Below are positions 26,710 through 36,019 of a stretch of 64,000 nucleotides of DNA, piece after piece. Under the pieces are notes generated by a model. It saw only the letters and a list, made by a program, of their open reading frames with translations. It was not told the origin of the DNA and did no database searches. Within the stretch, counting starts at the first letter, position 1, and the number at the start of each line of letters is the position of its first letter. The DNA comes from a virus. A program made the position numbers and the translations under genes. The DNA is taken from positions 27,834-91,833 of IMG/VR virus record IMGVR_UViG_3300005613_000024, one strand, 5' to 3'.

Positions 26710-29049
26710 ATGAATAATACTATTTCTTTTATCAGTCCAGACGTTGAACATAGATATATTAGAAAATTAGGTGAAGAATTTTTAGATATAGAATTTACTA
26801 AAAATTACGAAACAATAAGAAATTCCTCTAAGCCCATGATTATTTGGAATCCTTATGGCTATCTTGCTCATAAAAAAGAAACATATCGAAAAAAATATGA
26901 ACTATATAAAGAAATGCTTGAAAAAAAGAAAGATGTATATATTGTCGAAAGAGGAGCTTTACCAAATACAATCTTTATTGAAAAAAATTATTTTAATGTT
27001 GAAAGTAATTCTTACAATGAAGAAAGATGGAATCACGAATTAACAGTAGAGCAAAATAATAAAGTAGAAAACTATATCAATTGGTTACGATATGAAGAGC
27101 ATACATTAGAACCTCAACAGTCCTCAAGAGTAAATAATTCTGAGGATTTTTTTAATGAATTAAATGTTGATAAAGAAAAATATGAACAAGTTGTTTTTGT
27201 TCCGCTTCAAATGCATAATGATACAGTTACTCTTTTATGGTGCGATTGGGTAGGTGACACTTCTCAATTTCAAAGATATATAGATTATCTTGCTAAATTA
27301 ACTCCCAAAGTATTATTTCTTATTAAAAATCATCCATGTGAAGAAGATAATTTTAAAACTATTAAAGAAACAACCAATTTAAAAATAGTAGATAGCTTTC
27401 ATTATAAGGATTGTATTGAGTTTTGCGATAAAGTTATAACAATTAATTCTGGAATAGGACTTCAGGCAATGTGTTGGAATAAACCTGTTGCAGTATGTGG
27501 AAAAGCTTTCTATCGATTCGAAGATATTAACTTAAAAATTGACAATTTCGCTGAGTTAGTGAAATTTGTTGAATTCAAATGGTCAATAAATTGCGAAAAA
27601 ATTAAACGATTTATTTATTATTTAATTAATGAATTTTATACTGAGTGTACAATGCAGAAAATTTCAAGAAATGCATCAGTTCCAACTTTAATTAAAACAG
27701 TTCGATTACCAAAAGAATGTTATATTGAACAAGAAAGAAAAAAAGAAAAAGTTAAGATTCTTTATTTATTTAACGAATATGGATGGGCATTTGAATTTGA
27801 AGCTAGAAATTATCAAAAACATAGTAAACACGAAATAGTTTCTTTTCACTACAATCCTCTCAACTTTGATTTACATAAAAATGATTTAAAAAGAATTTTA
27901 AGAGAAAAACCAGATATTGTAGTTATACCTTCTGCTTGGCATTATTACAAAATTGCCAGAAATTATATTGAAAATTTAGTTAATGAAGGAATTAAAATTG
28001 TTGTGCAAATAAATTCTCATTACGAGATAAAATATTTCTGCAAATATGCTAATTTAATAATGTGTAGTAGTCAAAAATTATATAATATATTAAAAGAAAA
28101 ATATAATTATGACAATATAATAAAGCAACATCATTTTGTAGATACTGAAAGATTTGTTAATTTAGGGATAAATAAAAATTATTTATTGGGTTGGGCTGGT
28201 CGATTTGATAATCCAGTTAAAAGAACAAATATTTTATTAAAATTAGGTTATCCTATTCTGATAAAAGGAAATTATCATTCTTTTTTAAATGCGAGTCGCT
28301 CTCATGACGAAATGTTAGATTTTTATAATAAAATTGATATTCTTTTAATAACTAGCGAACATGAAGGAAGTCCTTATCCATTATTAGAAGCCATGAGTTG
28401 TGGTAAAATTGTTTTAAGTACAGATGTTGGAATTGCTTCTGAAGTATTAGAAAAAGAATGCATCATCAAGACTACTAAAGAAGAAGACATTATAAAAGAA
28501 TTTCAGAAGAAAATTGAATGGCTGTATAGTAATTCTAATCTTATACAAGAAATGGGACAAAGAAATTGGCAATACATTCAAAAGAATTTGGCTTGGAATA
28601 ATCAATGCGAAAGATTGGATAAAATTTACAATGACTTATACTCGATAAAGAACAAACCAACGAACAAAATGATTTATGGAGATGCTACTTTTAGAGATTT
28701 ATTAATTTATTTATTAGACCAAAATATTGATTTTTGGTTGATTAATGATAGTTGTTTAGATGCTATCAGATTTTGCAATTTAAAATTGCAACCAAATACA
28801 TTACAATTAGCATCTACAAAAGATAAATTATTGATTATTAAACAATTATTACTTTCAAAAAACTGGAAAGAAGAAGGAAAAAATGTTTTATATAAATATA
28901 ATCAAAGAATAAAGCTTTATGAAGAAGAAAAAAGAAAAACTAAAATAATGACTCTCTTTGGATTAGACGTACAAGTTCCTTATCCAGTAATGGGATATTT
29001 AAGAGATATTTTTGGACAAGATTGGAGGAATTATGGAAACAGTAAATAA
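26710..29049 (+). CDS. multidomain glycosyltransferase: KpsS/KpsC-like Capsule_synth domain + GT4 domain + degenerate LicD-like domain
   Basis: FVPLQMHND, KNHP, TINSGIGLQA...KPV...GKAFY; TSEHEGSPYPLLEAMSCG...STDVG; FWLINDSCLDAIR...VPYP..YL...FGQDWR. Confidence 0.8.
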   Translation: MNNTISFISPDVEHRYIRKLGEEFLDIEFTKNYETIRNSSKPMIIWNPYGYLAHKKETYRKKYELYKEMLEKKKDVYIVERGALPNTIFIEKNYFNVESNSYNEERWNHELTVEQNNKVENYINWLRYEEHTLEPQQSSRVNNSEDFFNELNVDKEKYEQVVFVPLQMHNDTVTLLWCDWVGDTSQFQRYIDYLAKLTPKVLFLIKNHPCEEDNFKTIKETTNLKIVDSFHYKDCIEFCDKVITINSGIGLQAMCWNKPVAVCGKAFYRFEDINLKIDNFAELVKFVEFKWSINCEKIKRFIYYLINEFYTECTMQKISRNASVPTLIKTVRLPKECYIEQERKKEKVKILYLFNEYGWAFEFEARNYQKHSKHEIVSFHYNPLNFDLHKNDLKRILREKPDIVVIPSAWHYYKIARNYIENLVNEGIKIVVQINSHYEIKYFCKYANLIMCSSQKLYNILKEKYNYDNIIKQHHFVDTERFVNLGINKNYLLGWAGRFDNPVKRTNILLKLGYPILIKGNYHSFLNASRSHDEMLDFYNKIDILLITSEHEGSPYPLLEAMSCGKIVLSTDVGIASEVLEKECIIKTTKEEDIIKEFQKKIEWLYSNSNLIQEMGQRNWQYIQKNLAWNNQCERLDKIYNDLYSIKNKPTNKMIYGDATFRDLLIYLLDQNIDFWLINDSCLDAIRFCNLKLQPNTLQLASTKDKLLIIKQLLLSKNWKEEGKNVLYKYNQRIKLYEEEKRKTKIMTLFGLDVQVPYPVMGYLRDIFGQDWRNYGNSK

Positions 29050-29428
29050 GATGTGGGGTAAAGAAGAAATCATAGAGAATAACAAAAAATATTGTTTAAA
29101 ATTTCTTCTTTTTACTTGCAGATGGATGAATTCTTGGCATTTTCATTACGAAAAAGATGAAACATTCTACGTGCAAGAAGGAATATTTTATGTAAGAACA
29201 TTGAATAACGAAACATTAGAAGCAAAAGAAGGTTTGTTATATCCTGGAGATAGTATTCGAATCAAACCAAAAACATTTCATAGACTCTGTGGATTAAATT
29301 ATTATAATAAAATAATCGAAGTGTCTACTTCTTTTAAAAAAAATGATGTTAAAAGATTTGAAATGGGAAGAGAAGTGTATGGAGTTGAAGAATGTGAATT
29401 AAGAAAAAAGGAGAGATATTTAAAATGA
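29033..29428 (+). CDS. cupin (sugar isomerase-like)
   Basis: KMWGKEE, SWHFHYEKDETFYV, FHRL, IEVST; GGAGG RBS before ATG 29033. Confidence 0.8.
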   Translation: METVNKMWGKEEIIENNKKYCLKFLLFTCRWMNSWHFHYEKDETFYVQEGIFYVRTLNNETLEAKEGLLYPGDSIRIKPKTFHRLCGLNYYNKIIEVSTSFKKNDVKRFEMGREVYGVEECELRKKERYLK

Positions 29429-30411
29429 AAACAGCACTCGTTTGTGGAGCTACAGGCTTCATCGGAAATAATTTAGTTACTCGTTTAAAAAAAGAAGGAT
29501 ATTATATAATTGGTGCTGATATTCAACCAGAAAGATATAAAAAATTTGATGGAGATAGATTTATTCAATTAGATTTAAGAAAACAGTCTTCATGGGCTTT
29601 TTTGTTTGAGAGTTACAAATTTGACGAAATCTATCAACTTGCGGCAGATATGGGTGGGGCGGGATTTGTATTTACTGGTAATAATGATGCAGAGATTATG
29701 CACAATTCTGCCTTAATTAATTTAAATCTTTTAAGCTTTGTTGATTATTTAAAAGAAAATAAAACTAAAATATTTTATTCAAGTTCTGCATGTATGTATC
29801 CAGAATTTAATCAAACTGATTCAAATAATCCTAACTGTAAAGAAGATTCTGCTTATCCAGCACAACCTGATTCTGAATATGGATGGGAAAAGTTATTTAG
29901 TGAAAGACTATATTTAGCATTTAAGAGAAATTATAAGTTAGATATTAGAATTGCTCGTTTTCATAATATTTTTGGGATGTTTGGTTCGTGGAAAGATGGT
30001 AGAGAAAAAGCTCCTGCGGCATTTTGTAGAAAAATAGCAGAAGCTAAAATGAAAAATTCTCAAGAAATAGAATGTTGGGGAGACGGGAATCAAACTCGTT
30101 CATTTCTCTATATAGATGAATGTTTAGAAGGAATTAGAAGATTAATGAACTCTGATTTTTCAGAGCCAGTTAATATTGGTTCTGAAGAAATGGTAACAAT
30201 TAATGAAATGATTGAAATGATACAAATGATTGCAGATTATAAAATTAAAGTAAAACATATTTCTGGGCCTTTAGGTGTTAGAGGAAGAAATTCAGATAAT
30301 ACATTAATTCAAGAAGAATTAAATTGGCAACCAAATTATTCATTATATAAAGGATTATCAAAAACATATAATTGGATAGAACAACAGATTAAAAAGGATT
30401 TAAATAAATGA
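29425..30411 (+). CDS. NAD-dependent epimerase, GDP-mannose 3',5'-epimerase-like
   Basis: GATGFIG, QLAADMGGAGF, YSSSACMYP, AYPAQPDSEYGWEK, RFHNIFG, REKAPAAFCRK, GVRGRNSDN. Confidence 0.9.
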   Translation: MKTALVCGATGFIGNNLVTRLKKEGYYIIGADIQPERYKKFDGDRFIQLDLRKQSSWAFLFESYKFDEIYQLAADMGGAGFVFTGNNDAEIMHNSALINLNLLSFVDYLKENKTKIFYSSSACMYPEFNQTDSNNPNCKEDSAYPAQPDSEYGWEKLFSERLYLAFKRNYKLDIRIARFHNIFGMFGSWKDGREKAPAAFCRKIAEAKMKNSQEIECWGDGNQTRSFLYIDECLEGIRRLMNSDFSEPVNIGSEEMVTINEMIEMIQMIADYKIKVKHISGPLGVRGRNSDNTLIQEELNWQPNYSLYKGLSKTYNWIEQQIKKDLNK

Positions 30412-31121
30412 GAAGTCTATTAAAATATGCCATCAATTATTATTCTCAAGCAGGAGAGGATGGGATTCTTGAAGAGATTTTTAAAAGATTAAAAATTGAT
30501 AAGAATTTCTATGTTGATGTTGGTTCTCATAACGGAACTTTTATGAGCAATACTCAATATCTAAGAGAGAAAAATTGGGATGGTCTATGTCTTGAATATT
30601 CTATGAATCATTTTTCTGAATTACAGAAAGTATGTAAAAAATACAATACAAATGAACAAAAAACTTATTGTGAGCGAATAAAAATAACAGAAACTAATCT
30701 TGAAGAAATTTTAGATAGATACGAAGTATCAAAAGAGTTTTGTTATTTAGATATAGATATAGATAGCTATAATTATTATGTATGGAAAAATTTAAAGAAA
30801 TATAGACCTAAAGTAGTTCAAATGGAGATAAGAGAATCTATTCCGTTAGGAGTAGAACAAATCAATGATAAAGACCATTGGCTTACAAGTTTTACGAGCA
30901 TGTTGAAAATGGGAATAGAAAAAAACTATACTCTTGTTGCGTACACTGGTTTAAATATGATTTTTGTCAGAAACGATTTAAATTACATTGTTCCAAAAGA
31001 AGAAAGAGAAAATCCTAATGTCGAACTCTACTTTCATAATAAAAAATTAAGAGAATACAGACAACTGGTAAATGAAAAATCAGAAATTCAAAAACAACTA
31101 GAAAGAACTCTTTATGCTTAA
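30408..31121 (+). CDS. FkbM-like SAM-dependent methyltransferase
   Basis: YSQAGEDGIL, VDVGS, LDIDIDS, PKVVQME, NMIFVR. Confidence 0.8.
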   Translation: MRSLLKYAINYYSQAGEDGILEEIFKRLKIDKNFYVDVGSHNGTFMSNTQYLREKNWDGLCLEYSMNHFSELQKVCKKYNTNEQKTYCERIKITETNLEEILDRYEVSKEFCYLDIDIDSYNYYVWKNLKKYRPKVVQMEIRESIPLGVEQINDKDHWLTSFTSMLKMGIEKNYTLVAYTGLNMIFVRNDLNYIVPKEERENPNVELYFHNKKLREYRQLVNEKSEIQKQLERTLYA

Positions 31122-32019
31122 AATTAAATTTATATCAGATACTCCCAAAAACGAAAAAAGACCTGGTGGCTGGACTTGGTATAAACTCTGGAGAAGAATG
31201 GCACAAGATTATGAGAAATATACTTGGAATGATATTCAAGTTGTCACACCAGAAGAGAAAGCTGACATAAACATAATAATCAATCATCCGAAATTTCATG
31301 TCGGAGAAGATTTTGATAGAAAAAATACTATCACTTATCAGTTAGAACCAAAAGTTGTAAGACAGAAACATTGGTGGGAATATAATAATCCTTCTACAGA
31401 AAGTGGTTTTTTGTATTGTCATAATATAGACTCTAATCATATGGCAATTGATTGGAATGTTGAATATACTTACGAACAATTACAGACGATGAAGATTGAG
31501 AAAACTAAAATCTTATCGACAGTTCAAACATGGAAAGATTACTATCCTGGTCACAAATTAAGAAAATTCTTCTTACAAAATTATCTTGATAATTTAGATT
31601 ACATAGATATTTATGGTCATTTAAAACAAGGAGAAGACTGGACTTATAAGCAATTTAAGGGAGAACTTCCTGTACGAAAAAAAGAATCAGCTTTAGCTCC
31701 TTATAAATACACATTTTGCTGTGAGAATAGTATTGAAGAGAATTATTGGACTGAAAAAATAATAGATGCTATTATTTGCGAATGCCTGCCTTTTTATTGG
31801 GGCTGTAAAAATTTAAAAGATTTTTTACCTGAAGGTTGTTTTATTTGGCTTCCTTTAGATGACCCCGAATTAAGTTTAGAAATAATAGAAAAGTCTATCA
31901 GAGACAATGAATGGGAAAAAAGGATAAATACTATAAAAATTGCTAAAAAACTTATTATGGAAAAATGGCAATTTTTTCCAGACTTGAAATATCATTTAAA
32001 ACGATTAGGAGTTCTATAA
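31114..32019 (+). CDS. GT10 (alpha-1,3/4-fucosyltransferase-family) glycosyltransferase
   Basis: YKYTFCCENS...YWTEKI.DA....LPFYWG matches the GT10 signature. Confidence 0.85.
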   Translation: MLKIKFISDTPKNEKRPGGWTWYKLWRRMAQDYEKYTWNDIQVVTPEEKADINIIINHPKFHVGEDFDRKNTITYQLEPKVVRQKHWWEYNNPSTESGFLYCHNIDSNHMAIDWNVEYTYEQLQTMKIEKTKILSTVQTWKDYYPGHKLRKFFLQNYLDNLDYIDIYGHLKQGEDWTYKQFKGELPVRKKESALAPYKYTFCCENSIEENYWTEKIIDAIICECLPFYWGCKNLKDFLPEGCFIWLPLDDPELSLEIIEKSIRDNEWEKRINTIKIAKKLIMEKWQFFPDLKYHLKRLGVL

Positions 32020-32588
32020 TGAAACTTCAACAAAAATTACTAGAGAAATTTACAAAAGAAGAACTTTGGTTAGAGTTAAGTGCTATAGCAGAAAATGAAG
32101 AAAATAAAATGAGAAAAGCTATTGAAAGATGTTTAGAATTATATCCAATTAAAGGTAAAAAGATAGCAATTGAAAGTGGAACATTTCATGGTGTAAGTGC
32201 CGCTTTACTGACAGACTATTTTGATGAAGTGCATACTTTTGAAATTGAAAAAGGTTATGTAAAAGATAAAACTTTACATAACAAAGTGTGGGAGCATTTA
32301 GGTGTTTCTGATAGAATTTATTTTCATCTAATCAAAAATGATAAAGAAAAAGAAGAAATATTAAAAACTTTAAATTGGGATTTTGGATTCGTAGACGGGA
32401 ATCATACTGTTGGCACTAAGATAGATTTTAATTTGTTGAATAAATGTGGTCGAATTTTATTTCATGATTATAATACAAAAAAAGCAGAAAAAAAAGGATT
32501 ATGGAAAGCTGTTTATGATTTCATCAATACATTAAAGAATAATATTGTCTATATAGATGAACCTTTTGTTGTTTGGATTAATAAATAA
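32019..32588 (+). CDS. class I SAM methyltransferase (Methyltransf_24-like)
   Basis: IESGTFHGVS, FVDGNH, ILFHDY; TAATG-coupled start 32019. Confidence 0.8.
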   Translation: MKLQQKLLEKFTKEELWLELSAIAENEENKMRKAIERCLELYPIKGKKIAIESGTFHGVSAALLTDYFDEVHTFEIEKGYVKDKTLHNKVWEHLGVSDRIYFHLIKNDKEKEEILKTLNWDFGFVDGNHTVGTKIDFNLLNKCGRILFHDYNTKKAEKKGLWKAVYDFINTLKNNIVYIDEPFVVWINK

Positions 32589-33193
32589 TGCCATATTCAA
32601 TTAAGAAAAAATTTATTTTCTTTCATGTACCTAAAAATGCAGGATGTACTATAAATCGTGTTTTGGATCATGCGTGTAAACAGCATATAATATTTCCTAA
32701 ACTTGTTTATGATATGCAAAATAATTATATTTTAGATGGATGTGCAGAAAGATTTATAAAACAAGTGAAAATAAAAAACCCTTCTGATTTTTTTAAATTT
32801 GCATTTGTAAGAAACCCGTATGACAAACTTGTTTCAGGATGGCAATATGCGATGAAGATTACTAAAATTGATATATCTTTTGAATCTTTTGTAAAAAATT
32901 TGGATAAATATAGAAGATATGACACTATTTTATGGCACAGTATTATAAGTCAAACTACTCATTTATCAGATAAAAATAATAATTTATTAATTGATTGGTA
33001 TGGCAAAGTCGAGAATATTCAAAAAGATATAAAGATAGTATTAGATAAATTAAATTTGTCAATGCAAAAAATTGACAGATTAAATGCTATCAAGCACAAA
33101 CACTGGACAAAATATTATACACCAAAATTAAAAGATTTAGTTTATAAACGATTTCAAAAAGATTTTGAGAATTTCAATTATGATTATAACTGA
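32588..33193 (+). CDS. carbohydrate sulfotransferase (Sulfotransfer_2 family)
   Basis: 5'-PSB FFHVPKNAG, 3'-PB FVRNPYDKLVS, C-terminal DFENFNY. Confidence 0.9.
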   Translation: MPYSIKKKFIFFHVPKNAGCTINRVLDHACKQHIIFPKLVYDMQNNYILDGCAERFIKQVKIKNPSDFFKFAFVRNPYDKLVSGWQYAMKITKIDISFESFVKNLDKYRRYDTILWHSIISQTTHLSDKNNNLLIDWYGKVENIQKDIKIVLDKLNLSMQKIDRLNAIKHKHWTKYYTPKLKDLVYKRFQKDFENFNYDYN

Positions 33194-34022
33194 TAAAACA
33201 TATTTTAAAAATAATGTTAAATTAGTAGAGATAGAAACATTCTCTTATTGTAACAGACAATGCTGGCATTGCCCGAATTCTATTATAGATAGACATTCTG
33301 GTAATACATATATGTCAGATTTCGTTTATAATAAGATTTTGAAAAATTTAAAACAAATTAAATACGATAAAATAGTATCCTTCGGAAGATATAATGAGCC
33401 TTTAGCTGACAGCATTATTTATAAAAGAATACAAGAAGCGAAAAAAGCCTTGCCAAACGCTATTCTTCATTTCAATACAAATGGAGATTTTTTAAATACA
33501 GAATCTTTAGAAAAGATTTACAATGCTGGATTGAAAAGTTTAGCCATTCAGGTTTATTTACAAGATAACAAAAATATAAAACAGAAGATAGAAAAAAAGA
33601 TGACAAGTTTAAATTTAATGACATATACAGAATTAAGAGAAACAGAAACAAAAATAGAATACATTACTACTTATAAAGACATGAATGTTTCAATTTATTG
33701 GAGAGATTTTAAAAAAACTGGAATTAATCGTGGTGGTATTATCGAAAAACTAAATCGGAAACCAGAAAGAATTGTCCCATGTCTTATGCCTAGTTCTTGG
33801 GTCTGCATTGATTATAATGGCTCTGTTATGCCCTGTTGTAATTTAAGAAGTGATTGGGAAGACCATAAAAAATTTATTTTGGGAAATCTAAACGATAAAA
33901 ATAGAAATTTATTTAATATATTTAATTCAAAAGAAGCTGTCAAATTTCGACAGTTACTTGCAAGCAATGAACTAAAGCCTTATCCATGTAACACTTGTCA
34001 CTTTTCGGAGAGAAGAATATGA
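33180..34022 (+). CDS. radical SAM protein with SPASM/twitch domain
   Basis: CNRQCWHC, NEPL, TNG, NRGG, C...IDYNGSVMPCC...CNTC. Confidence 0.9.
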   Translation: MIITDKTYFKNNVKLVEIETFSYCNRQCWHCPNSIIDRHSGNTYMSDFVYNKILKNLKQIKYDKIVSFGRYNEPLADSIIYKRIQEAKKALPNAILHFNTNGDFLNTESLEKIYNAGLKSLAIQVYLQDNKNIKQKIEKKMTSLNLMTYTELRETETKIEYITTYKDMNVSIYWRDFKKTGINRGGIIEKLNRKPERIVPCLMPSSWVCIDYNGSVMPCCNLRSDWEDHKKFILGNLNDKNRNLFNIFNSKEAVKFRQLLASNELKPYPCNTCHFSERRI

Positions 34023-34807
34023 ATAAAATAGCGATTATTATTACTGCATTTTGTAGAGATGAATTATTGTATAAGTCCGTACAATCTACTGTAGATAATT
34101 GTACAAACAATTGTATAAATAATTTTGAAATTATTGTTATTGACCAGGGTTATACTTCTATTCACAAAAGAGATTGGCTTCAAGAAAGAAATGTTCATTA
34201 TTGTCCTGTTTCTTTTGATAGTGGATTAAGTTTTTGTAGAAATTTTGGAGTTAAAAAAGCTAAAGAGTTAGAATGTAATTATGTCGTAATAGGAAGTGAT
34301 AGTTTTCTATTTAATGAATCTTTGAAAAAATTAAATAAAATGATAGATATTATACAAAATACTAAATATAGCTTAATAGGCTTCGAGTTAAAGAATTGTA
34401 CTTGTGGATGGGAAGCTTCATTGAATTTGATAGAAAGAAAATGTTTTGAATTAGATTTTATTGACAAAGATGGAAAACCTGCATTAGTAAGAGATGTAAC
34501 TCCTTTTTGGAAAGTAGATATATGTCGTAATTTTTTCTTGGCAACTGTAGGGTCGCTTCTCTTAACAGAATGGGATGAAAAATTAAAGCTTGCAGAACAT
34601 GAAGACTTCTTTTGGAGATTTAAGCAAAATGGCTTTAAATGTTTATGGACTAATGCAATTGATGGAGAAAAAATAAACGATAGACCTGCGAAATATGCTA
34701 ATTATAGAAGAATTAATTTTAATGAAGGTCTTGCTTATTTAAGAACAAAGTGGGGATTATCAGGTTGGGTTGAATACAAAAATCTGGAAAGGGCTAAACA
34801 TCAATGA
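34019..34807 (+). CDS. GT2-family (GT-A) glycosyltransferase
   Basis: IIITAFCR, IIVIDQG, GLSFCRN, GSDS in place of DxD, EHEDFF. Confidence 0.8.
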   Translation: MNKIAIIITAFCRDELLYKSVQSTVDNCTNNCINNFEIIVIDQGYTSIHKRDWLQERNVHYCPVSFDSGLSFCRNFGVKKAKELECNYVVIGSDSFLFNESLKKLNKMIDIIQNTKYSLIGFELKNCTCGWEASLNLIERKCFELDFIDKDGKPALVRDVTPFWKVDICRNFFLATVGSLLLTEWDEKLKLAEHEDFFWRFKQNGFKCLWTNAIDGEKINDRPAKYANYRRINFNEGLAYLRTKWGLSGWVEYKNLERAKHQ

Positions 34808-34986
34808 AAAATTATGACAGAGAAGAAATTATCAATCGCTTAATAAAAAGTGGTCTTAAACCAGTACACAGTAAAAAGACTAGAAAATTAATGTATTTCA
34901 AAAAACCTAAAAGAGTGACTCTCGGAATAAAACTTCGGGGATATATAGATTTTCTAAAAGTCAATGTAGTAGAAGGAAAAAAGTGA
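34804..34986 (+). CDS. small basic hypothetical protein
   Basis: Coupled ORF. Confidence 0.55.
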   Translation: MKNYDREEIINRLIKSGLKPVHSKKTRKLMYFKKPKRVTLGIKLRGYIDFLKVNVVEGKK

Positions 34987-35165
34987 AAAATCTTTTATTA
35001 AGACAACGTATAGTGCGATTAATTTCAATGAGCTATGCTTTAAGCGAAGATTATCTGTGGAAATGTTACGAAAAGATAGAAAATATCGAAAAATTACTTA
35101 ACTTACTGGAAGATAATAGGTTACAAGAAATTAACGACATATTGAGTAAAGATAGTCATAGCTGA
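34983..35165 (+). CDS. hypothetical protein
   Basis: GTGA-coupled ORF. Confidence 0.5.
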   Translation: MKNLLLRQRIVRLISMSYALSEDYLWKCYEKIENIEKLLNLLEDNRLQEINDILSKDSHS

Positions 35166-35263
35166 CCATTAAAAAATTACAATCGTTTAAAAGAAAACGA
35201 TTTCTGCTCTATAAAGTAGTGCTTTAAAAGAGTATTTCTAATAAATGTTCAAGGGAAATTAAA

Positions 35264-35479
35264 ATGATAGAACAAATACTGGGTTGGATTGGTACAATAT
35301 TATTTTTTTATGGTGTCTATGCATTATCATTGAAAAGTATCAAAGGTTTCTACGCTAATGCTATTGCGAACATTCTTTATATTATTCAATCTATTTTAAT
35401 GTCAAATTGGCCTCTTTTAGCATGTTCTGTTGGATTATTTGTAATTAATATTTACGGGATAAAGAAATGGTCAAAATAA
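35264..35479 (+). CDS. small 3-TM membrane protein (PnuC/SemiSWEET-half-like)
   Basis: LGWIG..., three hydrophobic segments, ends INIYGIKKW. Confidence 0.65.
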   Translation: MIEQILGWIGTILFFYGVYALSLKSIKGFYANAIANILYIIQSILMSNWPLLACSVGLFVINIYGIKKWSK

Positions 35480-35601
35480 TATTTTTAATTTTAGTCTTGA
35501 TAATTGTAGGGTTTATAATTGAAATGTGGCGAAGAATTAATATTTGGATTTTGATTACATTATTAACAATTTTTAGTTTAATTATATGGGGAACACTTTA
35601 A
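35467..35601 (+). CDS. small 2-TM membrane protein (44 aa), absent from ORF track
   Basis: MVKIIFLILVLIIVGFIIEMWRRINIWILITLLTIFSLIIWGTL fills the gap between genes. Confidence 0.45.
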   Translation: MVKIIFLILVLIIVGFIIEMWRRINIWILITLLTIFSLIIWGTL

Positions 35602-35602
35602 A

Positions 35603-36019
35603 ATGTGGATACTACAATTAACAAATAAAAAATATTTTGATTCACAAAGAATACAATGGATAAATTTACCTATTTTTCCTATTTCACATATTATAATTCC
35701 TGTCAAAAATAAGCATGTATTCTTACAGGGATTTGATTCTTATCTTTATTTAGAAGAATATTATCAATTTGTGAATAGAAAAGGTAAAGTTCTTGATACT
35801 ATTAATGTTTTAGCTAAATATAAACAAGAAGTTCTTCAGATAAGTTATAATGTTCGAAAAGGTCACTTATTTCAAACAAAAAATAAATGGGGAAATGAAT
35901 TTACACCTTTGATTTGGAATGAAAAGACGCAGAAGTGGGATAAAGGAAAAGCTAGACCTACCAACAAGAATCTATGGCATCTTGGTGTTATAGATTCTCC
36001 TATCGCAAAAATTATTTAA
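35603..36019 (+). CDS. hypothetical protein (last gene of the + block)
   Basis: Stop overlaps the convergent stop of the 36016 gene. Confidence 0.6.
   Translation: MWILQLTNKKYFDSQRIQWINLPIFPISHIIIPVKNKHVFLQGFDSYLYLEEYYQFVNRKGKVLDTINVLAKYKQEVLQISYNVRKGHLFQTKNKWGNEFTPLIWNEKTQKWDKGKARPTNKNLWHLGVIDSPIAKII

Noticed and set aside
445-34467. Short - strand ORFs inside the + block (e.g. 445-750, 15133-15396, 23525-23839, 23616-23855)
   Set aside because: Antisense shadows of Lys/Glu-rich genes, giving Phe/Leu/Ser-rich sequences with no RBS or motifs
25337-34807. Glycan cluster as host capsule/LPS DNA flanking a prophage
   Set aside because: It is coupled to phage-type genes on both sides, matches their composition, and lacks transport or polymerase genes, an integrase or an att-like boundary
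35181-35202. Hairpin AATCGTTT/AAACGATT after the glycan cluster as a terminator
   Set aside because: The AT-rich stem is weak and lacks a convincing U-tract
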